NCBI GenBank assembly: GCA_000320545.1
Contig: ADNK01002197.1
Location: 1 to 45,206 of the forward strand
DNA from: Bigelowiella natans CCMP2755
Lineage: Eukaryota; Protista; Cercozoa
Direction of reading: 5' to 3'
Length of the DNA stretch: 45,206 bases
The notes under the pieces were generated by a model that did not search any database, was not told the origin of the DNA, and worked only from the letters and a program-made list of their open reading frames with translations. Of this stretch, positions 1-11,678 are shown piece after piece; within the stretch, counting starts at the first letter, position 1, and each line of letters begins with the position of its first letter. Position numbers and translations under genes: made by a program.

Positions 1-209
1 TTCCGGGGTGGGAGCGGAGTTTAAGAGGTTATTCGCTCAGGTTTTGTATCGTGATTTCGTCCTGGCTTAGGGTGTCTGAAAAACCCGCCTTTTTCCAAGG
101 TGGTGAGAACTTCCCTGATCAGCAGCGTTTCCGGGCCAAGAGTGGGGTTTTTGGGAAGGTGGCCCAAGAACTGTTAAAGGAGAGGCCCAGGTAAAACCCC
201 AGGCTTTAT

Positions 210-261
210 GGGGGGGGGGGGGGGGGGGGGGGATACTATACACACACACACACACACACAC

Positions 262-294
<33 letters not shown>
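210..294. repeat. Poly-G plus compound (CA)n(GA)n microsatellite
   Basis: Directly visible. Confidence 0.95.
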
Positions 295-296
<2 letters not shown>

Positions 297-599
297 TGCT
301 TACCCTATAAATATCAAGACTAAACCAGCACCTTCTTCATCGTTCGCAGGAGCTCGAAAGTCACGTCCGTAGCGAGGAATCTCTGCAGGTTGTTACAACT
401 CATGAAGCGCATTCCTAACAACTGACATGGGACGCAATTAAAAAACAAAAATAATTGCAAATTCGGTCACCAAGACGAAGGAAGCAGTAAGTAGTATCAT
501 ATCGGGGGTTAATTGCTCCTAAATTCTTTCCCATCGGATTCTGCGAGGCGTGTCGCGGAGAGCGGGCAAATTCCCCGTCGTGGCATCGATAAAATACAG

Positions 600-1349
600 T
601 ATCCGGCAGCATAAAAATTTGCTTGATGTACGCGTAGAGTAGCAGCCGCATAGTGTCGCGAAATCTGAGCGCTAATCCTGGGGATAAACCGATAAATCAT
701 CCCTTGATTCGACATCTCGTCGCTCGTTTTGTTCTTTGATGGCCTCCTCCTCCTCGTGAATAACAACAGATCAAGCTGAGCCGAATGGGCGCCCTCATGC
801 AAAAGGCCTCGTCGGCATGGATGCAAAAGTCGCAAAAGGCGAACTTATTCCTTGCGTGGCGAAGGTAGGCTTCGACTGGCTGCTCTGTTCGCGCGCGTCT
901 TCTACCCGGAGTCGCTGCTGCTGATGTGCTGGTGGGCTGGTGGGGGAGAGCAGCTGCACATGACGAATATGATGACAAAGATATATCACAAACTTCGTCC
1001 GAAAAGTTATTTAATCGGGGATCTTCCGATGTGTGGAGAAAGTTATTTGCACGTCAGTCTGAAGAATCATGCAAGCAGCCCTTTCGAATAGTGTATACCG
1101 TTCATGTGCCTGCACGTGTGTTGTTGGGAGAATGGTTGATTCTTGCACATACGAATTACTGCCTCTTCTGTCCTCTCCCCGCCCTCCAGATACACGTCAA
1201 TTGCACGGCATGACGCAGAGAAAAGACGTCTGAAGTTAAAGCAGGTCGCTTGATAGAACATTTTCGTTGCGACTCGATATTAAGGCTAGCTACCTGTTGT
1301 AATAACGCATAAGAAAAGGGGGGGAAGGGGCAGGCCAACTAAAGCATAA

Positions 1350-1384
<35 letters not shown>

Positions 1385-1681
1385 TAGATGAAATCGAAGT
1401 TACGCTTCTTATGTGATATTGTAGTCTCTCTCTCGAATCGTGGAGGGCGTGTGGCGGCAGAAGGTGCTAATCACGCTCGGTTTGTGGGCAAGGCGCACAC
1501 GATCGAAATCGCGCGCAATTTGGGAGGCGCGACAACGGGACACCTTGCGAACGAAGTTGCTTTCGCGCACCATTCGTGGGCACAGACGCCGGTATCTCTA
1601 TTTCCTACTTACGAATAGATGTTTTAATATATGGAATCCATTCATCATCTACCAAATGCGTGTTCAATGTGTATGCAGGAA

Positions 1682-1724
<43 letters not shown>

Positions 1725-1729
1725 AGTAT

Positions 1730-1766
<37 letters not shown>

Positions 1767-1968
1767 ACACAAAAAAATGCAGCATTATACCTCTGTGCGT
1801 GCTCGGATAATATCGAATTTAAAATATTGACCACGTCAATCACCTGCCCCGTTTTTGTCGCTATTTGCTCTAGCGTCTTGTACGCAGCATTGCGCAAGTG
1901 GGAGGCAGAGGCATCTCGCTCCAAAGTGGTTGAGTTTAAGAATAGAATGACGCAGGTATCGTTTTGCA

Positions 1969-2007
<39 letters not shown>

Positions 2008-2564
2008 TAGACTGTCAAAATATAAATATATTATTTATACTTATTGTATATTATATATATATATATATATATATATTTACATTCATATGTAAGAAACGAA
2101 GATAGCGCTCCTTTCCGCACAGAACTCCCCATATACTGGGCAAAGAGCATGCGCGCATGAGCGCAGGGCCGTTCGAGTTTCAGTGGCTAACACTCCCCCC
2201 CCCTTTCTCCTAACTGTGATGAGCAGAAAGGCACCATGCAAAGCTTCAAGGCCATGGCCGCAATCTCTCAGATGCGAAATCAGAAATATGTCAATAGGTC
2301 AGTTGTTGATGTGGATGACGCTAATACGGGACTCTTCGCACCCTCCCCTCCCTCCCCCTGTTCACTGCGCTCACAAGTCGCTTCCTTGAGGGCTATCGAG
2401 CGACTGAATCTCACCCCACCTTCTCACACGCCGGTTTCATTACTACCGAAAGGGTGATGAATGCGTGGAGAATGTATGCGAAACAAGAGCGCGAGCGCCG
2501 AATCCTGACTTCTGTCGGAAACACATGGTACGATTTTGCCGCCCAGTGGTGGCATTCTAGATGC

Positions 2565-2601
<37 letters not shown>

Positions 2602-3320
2602 AAACATGATGTATATCACGGGCTGTCAAAGAAATCGACGATCTTGCATTGTCTTGAGCGCAGAATCTACTTATCGGTGCCACCTGCTGCAGCAATGCTG
2701 TAGAGTATTACCACGTCAAGAAATCCATCGCCGTTGTGTTTGTCGTTCAAGATTGACCTTGCTAACCCCCCCCCCACACCCCTTCCAGGCGACGCCTTTC
2801 AAACCCTCCGGCGGCCGAAAGGCCCTTCCGTTACTGGCTCGTCTTCACGAGAAATCAAAGAAAGACATTGAGGCAAAAGCTTGCCTCTTTCGCGCGTTTC
2901 CAAAGGGTAAATAGGAGAGGGAGAAGAGGGGAGGAGAATAAGTTGCTTTAGACTGTTATGATAGGAGAGAAGCTTAGGAGAGCTCTGCGTGTATAATATT
3001 TACCCCCACTCCTGCAGAAACTTCTCGGTGTGCGGAGCCTCTCATCCTGGCGGCTCTTGACTGCGCACCGCCTCCATCATCGAAGTGTTGTGCGGCAAAC
3101 TTCCACCGGAGGAGGCGCTGAGAACAAGGAAGAGAACTTCCCAAATTTTGCTGCTTATCCCTCGATGTGGCACTACGTGCGTGACCCCCCTTTCCCGCGC
3201 TCACTGGAGAGCAAGAATGACAAGAGCGGCCAAGACGCTGAGGCTGCATTCAAATTGTTAGCAGCTGAGAGAAAGGTGCGTGCACATCACATACACACAC
3301 ACACACACACACACACATGC

Positions 3321-3359
<39 letters not shown>

Positions 3360-3557
3360 TATATATATGTAAATGTATTATTGTGAGGGATACAAAGATG
3401 CGATAAGGTGGTGATGGCGGAGCAGCTGACGGTGACGTTTCCTTAGGCGTTCGAGAGCAAAACGGAGGAGATGCTGAAACGAATCGCTGCCCTGGTGCGC
3501 GAATGAAAAACCAGCCTATCAACACAAAAACACTCTAGAAAATGTGTTAAATGCATG

Positions 3558-3599
<42 letters not shown>

Positions 3600-3608
3600 C
3601 CGCGAATA

Positions 3609-3647
<39 letters not shown>

Positions 3648-3998
3648 GTGTTTGTGTATGTATGGTGCGAAAAGATGTAATGGGACAGCCGTGATGATAG
3701 CAAACTAAACCAGCGAATACCTCAGGCGGAGGAAGCACGCTCTGCGCGCTCGGAGGCGCGGCGTCGTGGGCAGGGTCTACTGGCTCTGGAGTCACAAATG
3801 AAGGAGGAGCGGGAAGTTGCGTGGGCGCGTCTTCGTGTCAGATGCCAGGCCCATGCAGATACCATCCGGGCACTTCGTCTTGCAAGAAAGAGCTCGAGGA
3901 AGATTGACAGTGGGGAGGGAGGAAATGCAGGGAGGGGCAGGACGACTAGGTAGCAGTCCCGTAGTCTGTACGTGTACGTGCGTATCGGTCTCTCTCTG

Positions 3999-4043
<45 letters not shown>

Positions 4044-4044
4044 T

Positions 4045-4094
<50 letters not shown>

Positions 4095-5231
4095 GAGAGA
4101 AATCACGAGTGTTGTTGGAAGTAACGGATCATATTCATTCAATCTCATATTTTTTTAACCACAATTTAGTGCTCTTGGGCTGACGATTCTGGCTAGCCAT
4201 TTAAGGTTGCGCAGGGCGAAAATTGTCTGCATGGCGACAACACGCTGGCGCCTCTGCGCTCAGCATCGACGTCAGCAACAGTAATTCTCACCGATAAGAG
4301 GGTGGAGTGGGGGGAAGGACGAGCGCACATACGAGATTGCACACACATATACAAGCACAAGGGCACGTTCGCATTAAATCCATGAGAGATCCATACCTTC
4401 ACAACGTGTCTACCTACGCGTCATGCAATTTTTTTAATTCAAATTTTCTTCTTCCTTGCTTTCAGGCAAGTACCTTATATTCGCAGCCCATCGGCCGGCC
4501 CTTCGATGCCCTCCGCTCAAATCCACCTCGACGCCGCGGAGGGTGGTACGCAGAGCAAACAGAACAAGGATAAAAACGTAACAATGAAGTTGTCGTTCAA
4601 AGATGTCTCTTCTCCCCCGCCACAACTATATACTGGGGGGCATCAAAGGACAGGGGTTACCAAACTAGAACCTAGCATTGACGACCGCTATTCTGGGGAC
4701 AATGGGGAGGACTACGTGAAAAGGAAGCAGCAACGCTACGAGCCTTCGACGAAAGAAAATGAGCTGCGCGCCGAGATCGATCAGCTGCAGGGCGAGAACG
4801 CTCGACTTTCATTCGAGCTAGCCGTTGCATCTCCCCTCTCAGCAGCGATTACCAAATTTGGAAGAGGGGGGAGAGGAAGGGGGGAGGAAAGGAGCGCGAA
4901 GGAGAAACATAAAGGCCGAAATCAACCTACGATCACTACTAGTTCTTCTGGTCAGAAGCAGCGGGAGCATCGGTTTTCCTCCCCACCACCTCAGCAAACC
5001 CCAGATCTTCGCCGTCTCCGGAGACATCCTGACGGGAAAGATGACTTCACCTCGCCATCATCCCTCGATGCTGCTATGCGCGTTGTTGCTGCAGCCTCTA
5101 CCTCTCCCCCTCGATCTGAGTTTTCTCTCCGGCGGTCTGGGAGGAACAGAGGGGAGACCGCAAATGCGTTTGTCACCCGACTCAGGAACCATCGAAGAGC
5201 TCGCGGAAACAATAGCGGGGCATACACGTGA
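600..5231 (+). CDS. Multi-exon Sfi1-like (centrin-binding W-repeat) coiled-coil protein, 5' end incomplete
   Basis: GT-AG exons (e.g. 770-864, 1190-1244, 1425-1591, 1874-1955, ~2227-2297, ~2452-2528, ~2790-2907, ~3018-3274, ~3447-3494, ~3714-3949, ~4197-4280, ~4466-5231) join in phase. They give helical repeats ending in W (KANLFLAWRRY, VLITLGLWARR, VLYAALRKWEA, RVMNAWRMY, RPFRYWLVF, RSLSSWRLL), like Sfi1 repeats, then a coiled-coil and disordered C-terminus. Confidence 0.65.
3990..4091. repeat. Intronic compound (CT)n(CA)n(GA)n microsatellite
   Basis: Directly visible. Other intronic (TA)n/(CA)n tracts of this gene lie near 1354, 1688-1763, 1973-2003, 2053-2076, 2568-2598, 3290-3356 and 3562-3645. 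Confidence 0.95.
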
Positions 5232-6179
5232 TAGCAAGGGGGGGGGGGGGGGGGGGGGTGTACATTTCAAGGTCGTCGCATCATTCTGATCACATTGAAG
5301 TTGCACCCGACTATATACTAGAAATACCTGGAAAAATGTAATCAAGATATTGATATAATCATTGAAGCTAAAAAAAGCAGTAAGTCCTACATGAAAAGAC
5401 GAAGACTTGCTAGATAGCTCTTCATGTTCGCAATCTGGATGCTCAAAGTTCGCGCTCCACGTTGGGAATGTGCCTCATGCAGCCGCAAGTCTTTATGCTG
5501 CATGCCAATTGTTCGCGTCGCGTGCGCCTCTAGGCTTGCTAATCTAAGCACACTCCAAAACGCACAGGCGCCTTCGAAGGCAAAATAAGTGGAAGAAAAA
5601 CGTTGATCGATGAAATGCGCTAGCATGTATGTAGCTCATGGGGCGTTCCGCACACACCTAGCGCTAGCTGCGGCGCCGCTGCTGCGTTCGATCTAATACG
5701 CTAGAACATCATTGCTCATCGATACCGCTTTGTCTTGTTGTGCGTGTTAGCTACCATGCTAGCATGCAACTCCATCGCAATCTCATTTTTCACAGCAATC
5801 ATATAATCATGCGCAGCATGTGTGTCCAGCAGCGCACTGTACCATGCTGCTACAGCGTAGCATGATGCGCTCGAGCTCAGCACAATTGCAATGCAAATCA
5901 AAGCACGTGAAATCACGGCGTCATCTGTAGTACCAGGTTGTGTGCGTTGTGTAGTTATGCATGAACTCACTCACGGACCGACCTTCATTTCATCAAATTT
6001 GACATTTGGGAAGAAGGAATTAATTTTGTTTCACCCCACACAGTACTAGAGTAGCTAGGTTGAACAGCATTTGGCGGATGCGATATACGTTTGGAAATTT
6101 AAATTGCTATGGACTGATAATTAATGTGCTACATGCAATATTTAGATATTTTTCCAAGGGATTCTGACTTTGTCGATAA

Positions 6180-6882
6180 TTAGATGTTATCGTAGGAGTC
6201 GATGCTACAGGAAGGTCCGAAGCAATGATCAGCAAGTTTTTTTCGAGCATTCTCCATCTTTCGAACCATCGAGTACACGGGATAGAACAATGGCTTCTTT
6301 GGCTTTGGCTCTCCTTCAATAAAATCATAGTGATCAATGTTGCATGATGGTCCAAAGCAGTGATCAGAAAGTCTCTTGCGAGCAGCTTCCATTCGGCGAA
6401 CAAGACCTCCAGTTGGATAAGGTTTTTTCTTCATTGGGGCATCCTGGAGGAAGTCGTACTCGTCAATATTACACGAAGGGCCAAAGCAGTGGTGGGAAAG
6501 TTCTTCACGCTCTCCCTCTTGACGACGGAGGTCTTCACCCCTAGGATAGCTTGACGCTGATGTGATACAAATGTTTTTAAGTACAAATTTCAGGTTGTGC
6601 TTTCCAACCCCGTTTCATAGGGTGTGCATGAAAGTTTGTAATTGACATTTTTTAGGCAAACTATGACATCTAAAAGCGTTTAGAGAATTTCCCAATCGCA
6701 TCGGACATCATGTCATTGTAAAGAGCAACATGTGTGAACGAACCTGGTCTGATCTGTGGTCTCCCTCCAACGCATCGATGTATGCTTGGGGTAGCAATGC
6801 GAGCAATTCGTGAAGTCCTAATTGCCGAAGGTCTCGCGGATGTTAGAGAAGCTAGGAAAACGAAGAGGGCGGCTTTGTACAT
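6180..6882 (-). CDS. 171-aa protein with signal peptide, basic S/R-rich leader and three HCFGPSC repeats; function unknown
   Basis: Exon 1 6882-6744 (MYKAALFVFLASLTSA-RPSAIRTSRIAR...), phase-1 GT-AG intron 6743-6557, exon 2 6556-6180. The splice restores the YP at the start of repeat 1 in exact register with repeats 2 and 3. Confidence 0.85.
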
Positions 6883-7821
6883 ATCGAATAAAAGAGGAGG
6901 GGGGGGTAGACGGAAGTGGCTGATGGGTTCTGGAACGCTTCAGCTGGATGGGTTCCGCCCAAAGTGGTGGAACATGTTCGACAAAAGTCTTACTTTTCAA
7001 TGTGCGACAACTCTTAATATGATAAAATACCAAATTTCGACCTACTGACACAGCCTTCCCGCCCATAGTTAAATCTCAAGATGATATTTCTCCGAGACAT
7101 GGAGATAGCAGAAGGGAATCATAAGTAAAACGTAGTGCATTTCATGAAGTGGCGCCGGAATACCCGATAGTCCCCCGAACGATATACTACCCCCCTAAAA
7201 TAATTATTGGAACGCAGGATGATTTTGGGTAACTTGATTAATATTTACTAAATAATGGTAACAAGCCTCCTTTTAAAATCTCAGCACCCCCTCATGCGAG
7301 ATTGCACAGCGGCCTTTGTGGACTCGATGAAAAACAAGACGTAGAATAGACAAATGGGTGCAATTTATACCCAACAACGATGAGAATAAACACTTTTTCT
7401 CGTTTATAGGGGAAGGTAAAAACGAATTAAAGAACTTAAGATTTGTCTTATATTTTATGATTCACTGAATATGATATTGTCACAAGTCGATATCGCGCCA
7501 CATCTTCATGAACTACATGTAAATTACAACTAAACACCGCCTCGTAATTTGGTACCCTACTTCTCGTATCCTAATGAAAGGGAGACGTAGCTAGCACAAT
7601 TTAAAAATTTTCAGTAAATTGTTATTGTGCTTAATCAATACGTCAAGGACAATGTCACATAATGTCATAAATCCCCATGTCAGCAGTGCATGAGGCCATA
7701 AATGCAAATTTGTGAGCTTTTCGTAGAGACTTTCGAATTTCCCCCCAGCTTTTCCATCCATCTACAAGAAATCGAGAACGTAAACTGTTAAGACACATAA
7801 TTTACATGCTGAAAACATCTA

Positions 7822-8769
7822 ATTGTGGAATGAGTCTCCGAAAGCGAAAGTGGGAACATGGAAATGGCAAAAGGAGCACTCACCAAGATTCATTTTGGGT
7901 CACAGCAGACAATCCAGTTTGATCAAATGTGTTTCTGTCATGTTTTTGCCAGAATGATCTTGATCACCACTGGAACGTGTGCGATGTTCGACAATGCATG
8001 CAAGCTGACGACCATGCACGTTCCATCGTTGCAATGGGCTGTGCACACTGCGCTGTGGACACAGCACCCTGATTGCACGCATTGTGCGTCTGTCGCATGT
8101 TGACACGACAGCATCGCATCGAGTTGTCGAGACAATTCCGACGACGTGCAAGTTGTCTCGTGAAGACAACGGTGATCGATTTGCACACCGCCTTCTGGCC
8201 CTGCTAGCCTGTGCTGGCTAGCTGGCCCAGCATGGCTGTTTTGCATTGTTGCATTGCGTTCATCCAGATTCAACAACGCATCGTCATCGTTTTTCATCCT
8301 GCCACAGTCACAAACAAACACACCACACAGTGACACCACACGTGCACATCACATGACCCAGGGCACCACCGCTACCTGGCAAGCTGGCAGGCTAGCAGGC
8401 TGCTTGCTCGCCCAGAATGTGAGAAGCGATGGCACGTGTGCACGGTTGCACGGTGGCGACGTGGTTGCTGGCCGCACCAGTCTAGCAGTGCACCGCGCTT
8501 CGCGCGTTCTGTTCAACGTTCCACAGTGCCAAGTGGATGAATGAACAATGAACGAAGCAAGAGATGAAGAAAGAAAGAAAGACTTGCACGTTGTGTCACA
8601 ATTGCACGATGTGCGTGCACCGTGCCAGCGTGCAGACGACCAACGAACGGCGAGTTAGCTCGATGACAGCCAGAAGCACACAAAAACATGAATCCGTCAT
8701 CAACAGGCGTGCATTGATGTGCAGCTTCGCAAAAATTGTGCGCTTGTGCAAACACCTTTCCCCATGACG
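7822..8769. other. TpA-depleted, TG/CA-enriched non-coding island
   Basis: Hand count: 6 TA dinucleotides in ~948 nt and none in 7822-8204, while CG remains frequent. Confidence 0.8.
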
Positions 8770-8819
8770 TACATCTGTGACACTTTGGCGTTTATCACCT
8801 CAAATTGTCACATGTCAAG

Positions 8820-11374
8820 TCACAATTTTGAAGACATGTCCGACAATTCTGATATTGTTAGGTCAGGGGTGGACTCTTGGGAAAACTTGGGGGCACTTTT
8901 TGTCACAGTGCCCTTGGACTCTTCATAACTCTTCAAACCATCATTTCGGTTCAACCACACCTGTCAAAAGTATTTGTGAGTTTAGGACTATTGGATGCAT
9001 TGTTGAAATGGATTGATGCGTCTTATGAGCACAACCGAGAAGAATCCTGCATTGTTTGCACCCACGACGTCACTTTTAAGTGAATCGCCAACATGAACCA
9101 CGTGAGATGCTTCAACGAGCTCAGACAAATTTCCTGATTCATTCTCGATCCCAGCATCGCGAAGGACCTGCATTGTTAATAGTCACACCCATTCTAAAAT
9201 ATGCAACAGAACATTTCAAAATGGTACGATTCCGTCAAAATCAAGTGACCTTATGGCAGCACTGCAAAGCCACGCGAAACGGGGCCTTGTGAATGAATCA
9301 AGGTCAATTGTAGAAGCAAACTTAACACCACATGTAACGCCACTACATCTCCACTTCAAGCATTGTTGCCATGATCACGTTTCATCTCCTCTTACTCTAG
9401 ACATCATCACTTCACCTGTGACGGCTTCGACTGTCCTACATCTTCTGTTCTGGAAGCATCAATTCAAAATCATTAAGCAGGAAATTAAGAATGACCAGCC
9501 ACGGCAAATTCAAAACAAATTTTTTTGCTTGCTCTGCAAGCTCGAAGCTATACTTGCAGATTCAGAAAATGGGAGATCGAAATGATTCATGCGTGCTGTA
9601 AATCCCAAAATCATTCGAAGAACTTGTAAAAGAAAATCCTGGTTAGTAACCGGATCGAGAAATCGAACAAATCCCGCAGTTTTTCGATCCGCCAAACATC
9701 AGCGTTGCCGTTTGTAAGAGCTCCAAGAATGACACCTGTTTTCCAAGTGTATCCTAACTTAAATAATAGTAGCTTGGGATGCCAGAATTCGGTATACAAA
9801 TACCTTTTGCCCTCCACTCTTTAAGCGTATCGAGCTAATGTGTATTTTCCCACGTTAGCATTGACTATTATGAAGATACTAATATATTGGAAAGTAGATT
9901 GGAAAATAAATTTCTATAATTTAAAGTATGGTTCACGAGAAAGTAATGTCAAACGTATATTACTTTATTCACAATCGACAAGTTACGTTACACAGGCATC
10001 TCAATTAGTAAACATACACACATATTCAGATATACATCCATGCTGTACAGTATCCAAGCAATCTTGTTTGTTTAAAAGGGAGATAAAAGTTATTATTAGC
10101 AAGATTGTTGCTCAAGGTATATTAACAAATAACAGAATACCGAGTCAGAGAAGAGCAACACGTCGTTGCGAGCGACAATAAATGCTTCAAATGCCTGAAT
10201 ATTGAGCTTTTAATCTCGGGCAAGTGGGATGTCATCATTCGATTGGTTAATCTTGATAATAGTCTACGAAGGAGGGAGAATCAATATGTGTTTTTGTTGT
10301 TTGTCATTTGATTCAATGCCTTTCAAGATCCTAGCCATGATCAAATGTATTTCTGTCGGTAACTACACTCTTTTACCGACTCCACGTTGGACTTATCGTT
10401 ATATCCAGTATCGGTGAGAGCTATCTGTAGCGCCTGTGCATAACATATCTCTACTTAAACGAATCAATAAGGATGAGTAGGGTCTTCTGTTAACCTGTTT
10501 TCGAAGGGCTGTATAGTTGTGCGCAATTTCTGGATTCGATGTCCTCACAGTCGTCATCAAATCTTTCACAAGCAAAACAACTTATGCTACAGGCGGGCCT
10601 CATACGGACACTTCCCTTCAGGGATGTAGGTCTGACTCTTACCCCAAAAAGCTTCCCGGTCGTATTTGTCAACACAGCGGGGAGCATTTTTCTATAATAA
10701 CGACCAGGTGTAAGAGCCAAGAGAAAGGAAGGATATACAATATTGACTATTCTCCATCTACAGTCCAGGAAAGGAAGGGGGCTTATCATCAGTAACCTTG
10801 AGCCATAGGAACATGTTCTCATTTGCTACAAAAAAAATATTAGGCAAAAGGTTAAAGTCGAGCCAAAACTTATAAATACAGGCTTAGAGACCGCTGTTGA
10901 GAGTTTCAAATCCTTTCCAGATGGTATCGTCCAAATCGAACGTTATCGCCCGAAAGTCTAATTCCTGCCCAAAGTACAGCCCAACTGTTGATCTGCGGAC
11001 TGCTCGAATCGCTTTCGTGTGTTCAAATTGGTGCAACAGGAAGTTGAAACTGCTACCTACCTTGGCCTCTTCCCCTCCGCTGGGGCACGCTGTCTTCTTT
11101 AAGCTTGCAACTCGTGTGCTAATGAACTGCGTTATCTGTTCTTTCCGATCTTTCCCCATCACCCTGGCAGGCCAGGAAAACATTGAACACGGATTTTACT
11201 GCTACAGACCAACATCTAACTGTTGTTCTGTGCCAATGGAGGAACAAGTGGCATCCTCCACAGTGCAACAGTTTCTCGTATTTTCTACCTGCCGGGTGGG
11301 AAGAAGCGCGAAAGATCCAGCTTGCTCGTCGAGCTAGGTATCCCTTTCACCTTGCGATCTTCTAAGGAGGACAT
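8820..11374 (-). CDS. HAD-superfamily (subfamily IA) phosphatase, YigB/NANP-like, multi-exon
   Basis: Motif I ITFDLDDTIW (~10920-10950), cap segment PEIAHNYTALRK, motif II LGALTNGNADV, motif III EDVGQSKP, motif IV VHVGDSLKSDVVGANNAG, last exon VWLNR...PDLTISELSDMSSKL*. The start at 11374 is inferred from in-phase exons. Confidence 0.9.
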
Positions 11375-11678
11375 GACGTGGTGAATACTTCAAATCGCAC
11401 ACACGCTCGCCGCCCCGCTCGTGCTCTATGGCTATCACGGTTAAAAGCTGCGCTTGGGCCAGGGCACGTCGACTGGTCGACCGGTAATGGGTCTTTTTGG
11501 TTTCAAGTTTTGGCATAAAAACAGGAGAAAAAGGATGTCGCGAAGTAAAAACCCATGCCGGTTTCTATTGTAAAATAAATTCATCCAGAGAAGATTGGGG
11601 TGGAAATCATTGTCGCAGTGCCAAAACCCCATCCATACTGACTCCCTTCCTCTGGCTTCGTTCTTTCCTTCCCCCCCC

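Noticed and set aside
1-233. Possible exon or element at the window start
   Set aside because: Homopolymer-rich and ends in a long poly-G run, so it may be low-quality sequence. No confident reading.
320-1080. Minus-strand reading frame continuing through in-frame TGA codons (possible selenoprotein or readthrough)
   Set aside because: It is antisense to well-phased plus-strand Sfi1-like exons, has no recognisable domain, and no SECIS was identified.
1440-4158. ORFs with YIYI, CVCV, THTH, ERER and SLSL runs
   Set aside because: Translations of intronic dinucleotide microsatellites.
6180-6548. CRISPR-like or nucleotide tandem array
   Set aside because: The repeats are conserved at the protein level with synonymous divergence, in a eukaryotic context with no cas genes.
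6010-7216. Terminal-inverted-repeat-like words at ~6010-6045 and ~7184-7216
   Set aside because: I found no inverted partner, target-site duplication or transposase in the window.
7822-8769. CpG-deamination relic or Cys/His-rich ORFs as the explanation for the TG/CA excess
   Set aside because: CpG is retained. The open frames follow from the loss of TAA/TAG stops in TA-free sequence.
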